Shown: positions 10,119 to 19,631 of the stretch, in pieces
Position numbering within the stretch: position 1 is the first letter of the stretch
How the letters are laid out: every line of letters begins with the position of its first letter
Virus record (IMG/VR): IMGVR_UViG_3300010157_000062
Span: 1,084-65,083 of that record
Length of the DNA stretch: 64,000 nt
DNA from: a virus
Lineage: Duplodnaviria; Caudoviricetes
Strand: one strand, 5' to 3'
The notes under the pieces: model-generated
What the model was told of the DNA's origin: nothing
The model's input: only the letters and a program-made list of their open reading frames with translations
Database searches by the model: none
Made by a program: the position numbers and the translations under genes

Positions 10119-13100
10119 TCAATAACCAGAACCAGATGGTAAAGCTAGAACACGAAGATCATTCAGAACAGGTGCTTTTGTTGTATCTGATGTTGACAGA
10201 ACAATCTTAATTGCAAATTGACTGAATGATGTAAATGTTGTACCACTTGAACTTGTATAAGTGATTTGATTGGTGGCCGCATTGTCAACACCAGGAGCCG
10301 CCACATATTCCCTAACATCAGAACGACTCAATGAGTATGAATTTGGTTGTTCACCAATGTCGGTCATTAGCACCCAATTTTGGTCATTAAATTCACTTGT
10401 GTCATTTCTACTCAAGACTTTGTAATACACATTAACTCTTGAACCATATGGTTTGTAAGCAGTATAGTACACTCTCAAATCCGAGGAGTCTGTTGCAGGA
10501 GTCAACACAACTTTCTTAGTTATATATCTAGCCAATCCGTTACCACCTTTGGCAGAAGTTTCACCCGCAATAGTTGCTGTTGCTGAAACGGAACCATTAG
10601 ATGCAATTGCAATCGTTGGTGTTTGAATGTAACCTGAACCAGCAGAAGTCACGTTGATCTTATCAACGTAATAACCTGATGTGGCTGGATTATATACCAA
10701 GTTTGCGGTAGCATATGCTTGTGTGCCGCCGATTGCTGTTGGTGCAGAAATTGTTACAGCCGGTGGTGTTGATGAGTAGTTTGCTGTTACACCAACTGTG
10801 TTACCACTTGTTACGGTGATGTTGTTGTTAGCCAGACCCATATCATTGATGTTGAAACGAATTGCATAGATCGATGTGCCGTCATCAGAAAGAACTGGTG
10901 AAACATATTGATCTGTTGAAGTCATCGTTCCTGTCATTGTGAAAGATGTGGCTGAGTTTGAATCTAAAACTCTTGAACCAGCGCCATCATCAAAGTAAAT
11001 GTTTTCCGACATAGTTGTACCATATTTTCCTGGTATAACATTCTTCGTTGAGCCTGCAACATATGAGGACTGTAATGTTGGTGTGTATGAATAAGATATA
11101 TTGGTGGATGTTGGTGTGAAATCTGTTGTTGACAAATTCACGGCATCCAGACGCATATCTTTACCATAGTATACACCAGAAACGTTAGGTACTGTGTTGG
11201 CGTTTTTGTAGAAGTCAATATCCGATACAATATCTTTTCTTAGTGGTAACTTCTTAGGCACAACAAACTGTACGGCAGGAGAAGCCGCTACATCGAACAC
11301 GCAGTTGTCGATAACAAACATCATGTTCTTAGTTTGATCGGCGGTCCAAGTAATACCGTTTTGTGATTCAAACAATGCACCAACGTATGGAGAACCACCA
11401 ATCTTTGTGATTGTTGTTGGTGTTGCGTCTGACGGAAGATTCTTAACAGTTGATGGTATAGCAATTGCATTTTGTGCGCCAACCCAAATTGTATAATCTG
11501 GTGTGGTTGTTTGCAATACAAATGCATACAGGTTGTTAGGACGAATATACACAGGTGCTGGGAAAACAAACTCTGTATATGTTGTTGCATCCAAATATTG
11601 TGGATTATCGGAAACATTAACTTCTTGTGCTGTCTTAACAACAACAGTATTATCAAGTGCTACACCAGTTGGATATCCGTTTGTAGTATCTGTCATAAAC
11701 ATTTTAACCGGAACTGAAGAAGTTCCTGTTGGTTTTGATCTGAAATATACTTTAATAGAACGGATGAATGCACCGTTTGGATAAGTTGTTCCGTCAATAA
11801 TGAAGGACTGTGCAACAGGGTCAATCGTATATGAGTACCGATTAATTAACACTTTATCTTTTTGTGATTGTTGTGCAAACACAGTAGACTTAGCTGCCGC
11901 TTGAATTGTGGCACCAAAATTCAGAGACTGACTTCTTGTTGCAAGTGATGATGCTGTGAACACACCTTGTGCGAATGTTGTAGCCGAATCTGGATCATTA
12001 ACTGTTGACCTATTATCAACTCTAAACACTCGGTCACCTGTTCTAAACAAGTTAGACGGTACATCAAAAATGGCAGAAAAATTACCATGTTCATCAGTTG
12101 AAAGTGTTGGTACTTTTGCTGATGTTGTTGCCTGTGCAATAAGAAATGATGTGCCAGTCAATGTGTATGATGATGTTAAATCACCGAGTGCTGATGATTG
12201 TCCAGAAGATACGTTGACAGTTATACTCAATGTAGCAACTTTTGTTGTTCCATTGTATGCTGTGATAGTAGCAGTGTATTTTTCTTGTTTGTTACTATAA
12301 GAAACTTGTTCTGTAACAACATCAGAGAACCATCCACCAAAATCATCACCACCAAAACCATTCCATTGTTGGCCAACTACAGAAGTAATAATTTTGGCTC
12401 TATTGAATGTAGTAATAGTAATTGTTGAACCAACATAAAAACCATCTGTTGTGGATGCTGTGGAACCTAGTGTAATAGATGTAGCGCCGCTTCTGTATGT
12501 AATACCTGTGTCGATTGTTGATGTTGTACCACCCGAACTTCCTGCAACTTTACCGGATAGTGATACTTGTTTTGTTGATGCGGAAGAATATGTTCCCGAT
12601 GCTGTTGTACCAACATAAGAACCAGATTCATTGAATTGTCCGTTTTGCATTGTTGAACTTGTTGCATAAATTGAGGAGTTTGCATCAGAAGACACATACA
12701 ATCTAACAGAGGTTGAACTTAGTTTTGTTGCAGAAACAACCCGTGCTGTTGGTGTGAATGTACTACCAACATAGTAACCAATAATATCACCTTCATTAAA
12801 TGTACCAGATACTGAATCAAGTTGAATTATGTTTGGTTGTACAATATATTGATTTACGTTTATGCCGTCAAAGAATGCAGAAACCGGTGTGTTAACCTTC
12901 ATACCTTTGGCACGAATGATTAACTTTTGCGAACGGATATATGGTTGAACTGAAATGTCTGTGATGTACGTACCGTTCAACGAGTTAACTTTATCATAGT
13001 AACCACTCAATGTTTGTTGTGATTGACTTGCATAGTTAGAGACTGTTACTGTTCGAGAAGATTGGGTTTTTTCCGTGAAAGATGTTCCAGGAATTGTTTG

Positions 13101-16100
13101 CCAATCTGTTGCCGACAACTGATTAAGAGTTGTGCCTTGTTGGTAAATCGTCATGTTTGGATCAGTGATAAGAATATCTGGATCCTTACTTGTTGATACC
13201 CACATATCCATTGGTGGATTTATATCGAGGATACCTTCATCACTTGTTACGGCAAATGGATTCAAACTAACAGTATTACTTGCAATCCTCTGTATAACCA
13301 AGTTTGCAGAAGTATATGGGAGTGTAATTAGGCTTGATGCGCCACCTGAGTTTGAGTGATATTTAAAGTTGAGCGCAGTTTGTCTAGCAGGAGAAAGATT
13401 ACCAAGAGATGCCAAGATATCTTTGGATTGTAATGGCAAATTGAACACAGTTTCTGTAGCAGAAAGAGTTGTGTCACGCTTGTTAATCTTAGTAAAGAAG
13501 TCTAGATTACCGGAATCTGCGGCAGAAAAACTGGAGAAGTTGTCAACAAGAATACCATTTTTGAATCTATTCAAACCATTGTTATCTGGTACTTGGAGGT
13601 CTGCCGCTTGTTTTTCAAGCAGGCTTAATGAAGTATAGTATTCAATGTTATTGATACGTGTTTGTAAGTCAGAGATATCTGACATCGTAAAACGTTTGTG
13701 TTGAACTTTTTCTAATGACATGTTTGGAAATACACGTGTCGTTTCACCTGGTAGATATGCTGTATATGGATCCAATTTTATATTGGCCATCAACAAAGCA
13801 CCTTCAGGTGTAGTTGGATACACAGGTGAATTTGATGCTTTACCGGTGATAAGTTGGAAGCTACTGTCTTTGCTCAGAACAAGAATATCTTTTCTACCAA
13901 GATAGTGTGTGTAGTCTGTTGTAAAACTTGACAAGTCGATTGGTAAATATGCGCCAGCATTGTTTGTTGTTGTTGGTGTTGTGGAGTATCTGAACTGGAA
14001 TGTAGCTTGAGCATTCACTGTTGACAATCTAAAATCAATAGCATCTCTTAGATTATATGCTGTTCCATTCTTACTTGTGTAAGATGGAATTTGTGAATAT
14101 GTTTCGGGTCTTGTAGAAATACCACCATCACCAGCACCAAGGTATGAGTTAACGGAGAAGTATCCGTCACCACCAGTGTGATCGTAGTAGTCAAGCAATA
14201 CTAACAATGCACCAGCTGGTTGAGGTGCACCATTTTTCAACTTGATTGAAGCTGGACCATAATATGTGTCGGTTTGACCTTTATCGAAGGTGAAATTTCC
14301 AGTAACATCATATGCAGTATTTTTCAACATTGCATCTGTTGGTACAGTTGTTGGTGTTCCTGTGTCAATAATTTTAATAATCTGTTTAACGTCTGACACA
14401 TACAATGATTGTTTCGAGCCAGGTGTTACGATGTTTGCATAAGGAATATAAACTTGTCCTTGTGTTAAATCAACACGAACACCAGAAACGTTTGTACCAG
14501 TCAAGTTAACGTTTGTCGTATTTGCTGTGTAAAGATTTTTACGCTTGAGTGTCAATGCTGTTGTACCCGCATTTGAAATTGCAACTTTAGCAAGAACCGT
14601 TGCTGTAAATGTTGTTGCACCTGCTGTAAGTGTGGCAATTTTCTTTGTTGGATCTAATGCAATTGTATTTGTGCTTGCAAAGTTAATGATTTGGCCATTA
14701 GTAAATGCACTTGAGCCTTTGTCGGTTACAACAACTTGCCAATAATTCTTAGCAGTGTCTGCCGATTGTGTAGCACTTGCTGTACCGAAGAATGTGGCAT
14801 CAAGACCAGAAAGACTGACTGAACCCACACCAGAACCAAATACGATTCCACGGAACGCTTTGAATGTTGAATATGATGTGTCAGAAAGGTTACCAACATA
14901 TGGATAACCAAGGTCAAACACCAATTCAGGTGAAGTTGCATTGTAAAGTGTTGTATCACCGATGCTAGATCCACCAACTTTACCTTTTGGTTCAATACCG
15001 GCAGAAGCTGCCGCACCTGTACCAGATGGTACAACCATTAAATCAATATCTTTAGTGTCAAATCTCAAACTAAAGTTTGATGAAGATGTGATTGGTGTTG
15101 TAAATGGTAAATCAACTGTGGCAGTTTTTGTTGTACCGTTGTATGAAACAATACGTCTGATATCACCAGCAGATGAACCGGAATCGATAGTAACTGTAGC
15201 ATTATAATATGCATTAGCCGCCGATGAAAACTTACCTGTTGTATCTGTGAACACTACGTTTGAAGTTGTACCAGAAGCCGCCGTACCAGACAATACATAG
15301 TTTTGCATGTCTGATAGATATGCTTTGTATACATATGTTTGTGTGTTTGCATCCGATGAATTTGTATCATACGATACTGCACGAAGATAACCAGTTGCAA
15401 CTCTTGTTGCGTTATATGTTGTTGTATTTGTGCTTACGATAGAACTGTTTGCATTGATACAGTGGAAGTCTACGGCAGTCACGTTTGTTGTATCAAATAC
15501 ACCATTAGCATTGTTAACGTAGATATAAGAACCGTAGTCAACTGTCGTGATGTTGTTGTTTACTGATTCAGTTGTTCTTGCACGTGTTGTTTCAAGTGTT
15601 TTATCTAGAGCATTCTCTACACGATAGCCGCGGATGTATGCAACACCAGTACCAATTTGAAGTTGATACGTGTCGGTAGTTTCTGTATTTGCTTTTGGAA
15701 CAATCTTGAAATCATTGACAACAAAATCACCGTTTGTGTCATATGTCCTCTTGGCAAAATAATCATCGATAACACCATAAACTGTGCCATCAACCAAACG
15801 TTGAATGCTACCATTTGTTACACGAACAAGTTCAATAAAACCTGAGTCTGAACCGAGTGCAATGTTTTTGGTATCTAATGTCAATGTAATTGTGTAACGA
15901 TCTGCGCCAGGTGCCTGATAGTTTGTTGCACCTACAGCAGGATCTAAAAGTCCTGGATCAGTTACATAGTCGGAAATGTATTCAGAGATAGTAAGACCAA
16001 CACGTTTTGTTGGTGTATTACCATATTTTTGTACAATGATTGTCTGGGGTTGAACGGAAACAAAGTTACCAATTGAGTAACGCGAATATGTTCCATCATT

Positions 16101-16640
16101 ATTTTGTACATCAGAATAAGAATAGCCATTAACAATATAGAAAACACCCTCGGAAACGGAAGCTACTGATGAGTAACCTGTGTAATCAGTAGCTGAAACG
16201 ATTTGTGCAGTTGTTGTTGAGTTTGTTGAGTAAATTAAATCACTGGCAGAAAATTCTCTACCTGAGAAGTATGTAACAACAAGAGTCGGGAAATCACCAG
16301 AAACGGCTTCTTCTGTTGCAATAACTTTAGCAAATACAATACCAGTTGAATCTGTAATAATTTGATTCAAAAAGTCTGATGCTGTAATGTCGTTATCATT
16401 ATATGTTGTTGCTAATTTTAGATAACGTGCTTTGTTATTAACAGTAACTTGACCACCTTTGACGGGTGTGTTCTGTTTAAAGATGTGATCCGCAAATTTA
16501 GTGATTTGATCTTGTAAGATAGTTTGTGATTGTGTCAATTCCCTAGCCTGCACAGCACGACCTGGACGAAATAAAATTCTATGGTAATGATTGTTTGGAT
16601 CGAAATCATCGTAGTATGGATCCACATTGAAGTTTAGCAT
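10119..16640 (-). CDS. Large virion structural protein, VrlC/DUF4815-like (2173 aa)
   Basis: N-terminal FNVDPYYDDFD...RILFRPGRAVQARELTQSQTILQ, APGADRY, RFKNGILVDNF and DPVAQSF motifs. Confidence 0.85.
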   Translation of the reverse strand: MLNFNVDPYYDDFDPNNHYHRILFRPGRAVQARELTQSQTILQDQITKFADHIFKQNTPVKGGQVTVNNKARYLKLATTYNDNDITASDFLNQIITDSTGIVFAKVIATEEAVSGDFPTLVVTYFSGREFSASDLIYSTNSTTTAQIVSATDYTGYSSVASVSEGVFYIVNGYSYSDVQNNDGTYSRYSIGNFVSVQPQTIIVQKYGNTPTKRVGLTISEYISDYVTDPGLLDPAVGATNYQAPGADRYTITLTLDTKNIALGSDSGFIELVRVTNGSIQRLVDGTVYGVIDDYFAKRTYDTNGDFVVNDFKIVPKANTETTDTYQLQIGTGVAYIRGYRVENALDKTLETTRARTTESVNNNITTVDYGSYIYVNNANGVFDTTNVTAVDFHCINANSSIVSTNTTTYNATRVATGYLRAVSYDTNSSDANTQTYVYKAYLSDMQNYVLSGTAASGTTSNVVFTDTTGKFSSAANAYYNATVTIDSGSSAGDIRRIVSYNGTTKTATVDLPFTTPITSSSNFSLRFDTKDIDLMVVPSGTGAAASAGIEPKGKVGGSSIGDTTLYNATSPELVFDLGYPYVGNLSDTSYSTFKAFRGIVFGSGVGSVSLSGLDATFFGTASATQSADTAKNYWQVVVTDKGSSAFTNGQIINFASTNTIALDPTKKIATLTAGATTFTATVLAKVAISNAGTTALTLKRKNLYTANTTNVNLTGTNVSGVRVDLTQGQVYIPYANIVTPGSKQSLYVSDVKQIIKIIDTGTPTTVPTDAMLKNTAYDVTGNFTFDKGQTDTYYGPASIKLKNGAPQPAGALLVLLDYYDHTGGDGYFSVNSYLGAGDGGISTRPETYSQIPSYTSKNGTAYNLRDAIDFRLSTVNAQATFQFRYSTTPTTTNNAGAYLPIDLSSFTTDYTHYLGRKDILVLSKDSSFQLITGKASNSPVYPTTPEGALLMANIKLDPYTAYLPGETTRVFPNMSLEKVQHKRFTMSDISDLQTRINNIEYYTSLSLLEKQAADLQVPDNNGLNRFKNGILVDNFSSFSAADSGNLDFFTKINKRDTTLSATETVFNLPLQSKDILASLGNLSPARQTALNFKYHSNSGGASSLITLPYTSANLVIQRIASNTVSLNPFAVTSDEGILDINPPMDMWVSTSKDPDILITDPNMTIYQQGTTLNQLSATDWQTIPGTSFTEKTQSSRTVTVSNYASQSQQTLSGYYDKVNSLNGTYITDISVQPYIRSQKLIIRAKGMKVNTPVSAFFDGINVNQYIVQPNIIQLDSVSGTFNEGDIIGYYVGSTFTPTARVVSATKLSSTSVRLYVSSDANSSIYATSSTMQNGQFNESGSYVGTTASGTYSSASTKQVSLSGKVAGSSGGTTSTIDTGITYRSGATSITLGSTASTTDGFYVGSTITITTFNRAKIITSVVGQQWNGFGGDDFGGWFSDVVTEQVSYSNKQEKYTATITAYNGTTKVATLSITVNVSSGQSSALGDLTSSYTLTGTSFLIAQATTSAKVPTLSTDEHGNFSAIFDVPSNLFRTGDRVFRVDNRSTVNDPDSATTFAQGVFTASSLATRSQSLNFGATIQAAAKSTVFAQQSQKDKVLINRYSYTIDPVAQSFIIDGTTYPNGAFIRSIKVYFRSKPTGTSSVPVKMFMTDTTNGYPTGVALDNTVVVKTAQEVNVSDNPQYLDATTYTEFVFPAPVYIRPNNLYAFVLQTTTPDYTIWVGAQNAIAIPSTVKNLPSDATPTTITKIGGSPYVGALFESQNGITWTADQTKNMMFVIDNCVFDVAASPAVQFVVPKKLPLRKDIVSDIDFYKNANTVPNVSGVYYGKDMRLDAVNLSTTDFTPTSTNISYSYTPTLQSSYVAGSTKNVIPGKYGTTMSENIYFDDGAGSRVLDSNSATSFTMTGTMTSTDQYVSPVLSDDGTSIYAIRFNINDMGLANNNITVTSGNTVGVTANYSSTPPAVTISAPTAIGGTQAYATANLVYNPATSGYYVDKINVTSAGSGYIQTPTIAIASNGSVSATATIAGETSAKGGNGLARYITKKVVLTPATDSSDLRVYYTAYKPYGSRVNVYYKVLSRNDTSEFNDQNWVLMTDIGEQPNSYSLSRSDVREYVAAPGVDNAATNQITYTSSSGTTFTSFSQFAIKIVLSTSDTTKAPVLNDLRVLALPSGSGY

Positions 16641-16649
16641 TGCCGTCCT

Positions 16650-18026
16650 TTAAAAACCTAAAACTAATTTAAATTGTTCTGAACCATCCGCATTTCTTTG
16701 CACAGGTTCTCTATTTTCCAGATATGTTAAGTAACCAGAAAATGGTATGAATGTTGGAGTTTCCTGCAATAGTACCGCTCTAGCCGTACCTGTTGTTTTT
16801 CCATATAGTATTGTACTATTTACTGGTGTTCCAAATGTATTTATTAACTTTACCTTGTTGTATATGGTATCAAAACTCAAAACAGTTGCTTCAAATGTTG
16901 CGTCTGCATATAGGCCCGTTGCTGATTGGAATACAATTTCATCTGGTGTATAGCCACCGAAACCAGTTGAGACAGTAAAATCTGTTGTCACTTTGTAAAT
17001 CGAAGCATTAGCCAAAGAAATCGATGTGCCAAAATATGCATATGGATTTACAAGAATGCCGAGTTGTCTGAAGTCAATGTTTGTTGGTAAATTACCCGAC
17101 TCATCTTTCTCGAACTTGGCTGTCAACATAATGTGACGAACACCGAGTTCGGATGCTGGATCGAATCCGTGGCCACCAACTGGTGAAGTTGGTGCAATCG
17201 CAATAGCACCAGAACCGGATGCTGAGATGATTGTTGCGTTTGCATATGTGTAGTTCATGCCAGTATTTGCAACAGAGATATCGGTAATTACTCCTGCATT
17301 CACAACTGCATTGGCGGATGCAAATTTACCATCACCTGTGATCGAAATTGTAATGATTGAGTTTGCTGGATCGTAACCGCTTCCGCCATTTGTCACATTA
17401 ATAACATCAATAGAACCGTAACCCTCATTTGTTTGCGTTGGTGTTGGAATATTATTGCCCGTTGGCACCGGCATCCATGCATCATCCATAAATTTTAATT
17501 TTGATCCAGATGAAATGGTATACATGTACTTCCATTTGTAATCATCTGCACCTTGAAAGATTTGGTTTGCATTGAATGTTCCTGGTTCAAAGTATGGCTC
17601 ATATGTTGATATACCACCTTTGTTGTTCCAGAGACATTTAAATACTTGGTCAAATTTATTCTTAACATAAAAATGTTTTAATATAGACCCGTTATTATCC
17701 AAAGAATACATGTCAACGGAATCATTATAATAATCATAAACTTCACCTGAAGTCCAATCAATTCTTTCAATTATTAAAGACATGTCATTTGTAGTAATTT
17801 TTTTAGCAACAAACATATTCTTGAATGTTTGTTTCAAATACTTTTGGTCTTGTGTTGGTGCTGGTGGATTTGTTTCTGTTGTCCAAGATTGAACACGTGA
17901 CAAGAAACAATAGAACGTACCAACTGGTCTTCCTGTTGAGGAAATAGTTGCAGTCGGTGAATAATACACAGACGATGTTTGGTAGTAACCGTTATTGTAT
18001 GTTAAAATACCTGTATTTGCTGACAT
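16650..18026 (-). CDS. gp8: Baseplate wedge subunit gp8-like
   Basis: RIDWTSGEVYDYY, VFKCLWNN, DDYKWKYMYTI, GGHGFDPASELG, DFRQLGILVNP and YLENREPVQR motifs. Confidence 0.85.
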   Translation of the reverse strand: MSANTGILTYNNGYYQTSSVYYSPTATISSTGRPVGTFYCFLSRVQSWTTETNPPAPTQDQKYLKQTFKNMFVAKKITTNDMSLIIERIDWTSGEVYDYYNDSVDMYSLDNNGSILKHFYVKNKFDQVFKCLWNNKGGISTYEPYFEPGTFNANQIFQGADDYKWKYMYTISSGSKLKFMDDAWMPVPTGNNIPTPTQTNEGYGSIDVINVTNGGSGYDPANSIITISITGDGKFASANAVVNAGVITDISVANTGMNYTYANATIISASGSGAIAIAPTSPVGGHGFDPASELGVRHIMLTAKFEKDESGNLPTNIDFRQLGILVNPYAYFGTSISLANASIYKVTTDFTVSTGFGGYTPDEIVFQSATGLYADATFEATVLSFDTIYNKVKLINTFGTPVNSTILYGKTTGTARAVLLQETPTFIPFSGYLTYLENREPVQRNADGSEQFKLVLGF

Positions 18027-18038
18027 TATATAATCCTA

Positions 18039-19628
18039 TTAAGCGTGTACAATTGAAACTAATGTGTTTGCTAAATCTGTTCCAAAAGAAATATACCTCG
18101 CAACAATTGTTGATGTTCCTGGAATTGTATACGTAGTAGCATTCACAGTTGAGTTTACTGCTGTACATCCGTGTGTAAATGTTTGGTTTGTTCCTGATGT
18201 ATTTGTAATCCACGTTTCTACAACTTTACCTGTTGTAAAATTTGTAAATGACATCGTGACACCAGCAGAAGTGTTTGCTCTCAATACTGAATTATTTGCA
18301 AAATCGAGTGTGATTGCAGTTTGCGCTCCATTAAATGTTCTTGGTGTGTAAATAAAACCTTTTTGTGGTTCAACTGTACCCAAAAATATAGACGAATCGC
18401 CGTTAAATGATGCAATTTTTTGGATTGTATTTGAACCTATCGGTGCATTCCAGAATTCAATACGTGTTCCTCTTGCAGCATCTGTGAAATTTTCAGAAGC
18501 AACAAAATCAATTTTGCCTGTACCCAATGGTGAAAATTGTGTTGTTCCATAACCATTTCCAGAAAGCCTTAAAATAACATCGTTATTTTGTGTTGCAGAC
18601 GGCGCACCCGCAGTTCCTCTACCGTTTCTGCCTGCAATAACAGAATAGTTATTTGATGTGCCAAATGTATCCAGCACAATTCTTGTAGGAAGTCCAACTT
18701 TATTTGTAACATGCATCATATATCCATCTTGTGATGGAGTTTGTTGCACACCACCTAATGAACCTACGATTTCTAATACTGCATTTGTTGCTGGTGTTGT
18801 AGAAGAAATAAAAGATACAATATTGGATGTTGCAATGGAGTATGCGGAAACATTACCTAAAATGTTTAAATTTCCGTTAAATGTACCTGAAGTATTTGCA
18901 AGTGCAGAGTTTGCTTTATTGTAAGCGGCTTGTGTAAACGTATTTTGTGTGGAGATGTTTGATGTAATTGAACCATTCAGAGTTGTAACGTTACCAGAAA
19001 TTTCTGAACGGAGAGTTACGACATTAGCTGAAATTCTAGTGTTAATAATAGAGTTAGCCGATGCGGCATTAGCCGAGACAACAGAGTTAATTGCACCAGA
19101 ATAGATACCAGTTGAGTCTATGTAACCAACAATGTTTTGTGTTTGTAAACCGCCAACCACAAAGTTGACTTTACCTGTTGCGTTTGTTGTACCAATTGCA
19201 AGATTACCTTTGTTTGTTCCAGACGAATTAACATAGAGATATCCATCATGTGCTTTCGTTGCTGAATATGTTGATGTTGGATCTGAAAATGTTGATCCAT
19301 TCAAACCCATATCCAAGTAAAAGTCTGTGTCTGTACCATCATCAGCAGTAATAACATAATCGGCAGAACCATTTGGATTAATGTTCTCGGTATTAACTTG
19401 ACTATAACTTGCAGAATTTCCAGTAAACTGTGCAACAACATTAGGTAAAATGGTGTGATTATTACCAACAACCAAGTTATTGTTTGAATACAAACCTGCG
19501 GCAAGTGTTGTAAGTGTAATTTTACCAGTCACGTTTGTTGGAATATCAACACCAACCAGCACCGTGTTAGCTGTGTTGGCATTGATTGTATTGATTGCTG
19601 GTAAGTCCGTTATTTTTACTGTTGACAT
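18039..19628 (-). CDS. Virion structural / fibre-like protein (529 aa)
   Basis: VKITDLP N-terminus; shares the QFTGNS..YSQVN module and a coiled-coil unit with the 1570-aa fibre. Confidence 0.65.
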   Translation of the reverse strand: MSTVKITDLPAINTINANTANTVLVGVDIPTNVTGKITLTTLAAGLYSNNNLVVGNNHTILPNVVAQFTGNSASYSQVNTENINPNGSADYVITADDGTDTDFYLDMGLNGSTFSDPTSTYSATKAHDGYLYVNSSGTNKGNLAIGTTNATGKVNFVVGGLQTQNIVGYIDSTGIYSGAINSVVSANAASANSIINTRISANVVTLRSEISGNVTTLNGSITSNISTQNTFTQAAYNKANSALANTSGTFNGNLNILGNVSAYSIATSNIVSFISSTTPATNAVLEIVGSLGGVQQTPSQDGYMMHVTNKVGLPTRIVLDTFGTSNNYSVIAGRNGRGTAGAPSATQNNDVILRLSGNGYGTTQFSPLGTGKIDFVASENFTDAARGTRIEFWNAPIGSNTIQKIASFNGDSSIFLGTVEPQKGFIYTPRTFNGAQTAITLDFANNSVLRANTSAGVTMSFTNFTTGKVVETWITNTSGTNQTFTHGCTAVNSTVNATTYTIPGTSTIVARYISFGTDLANTLVSIVHA

Positions 19629-19631
19629 TTT

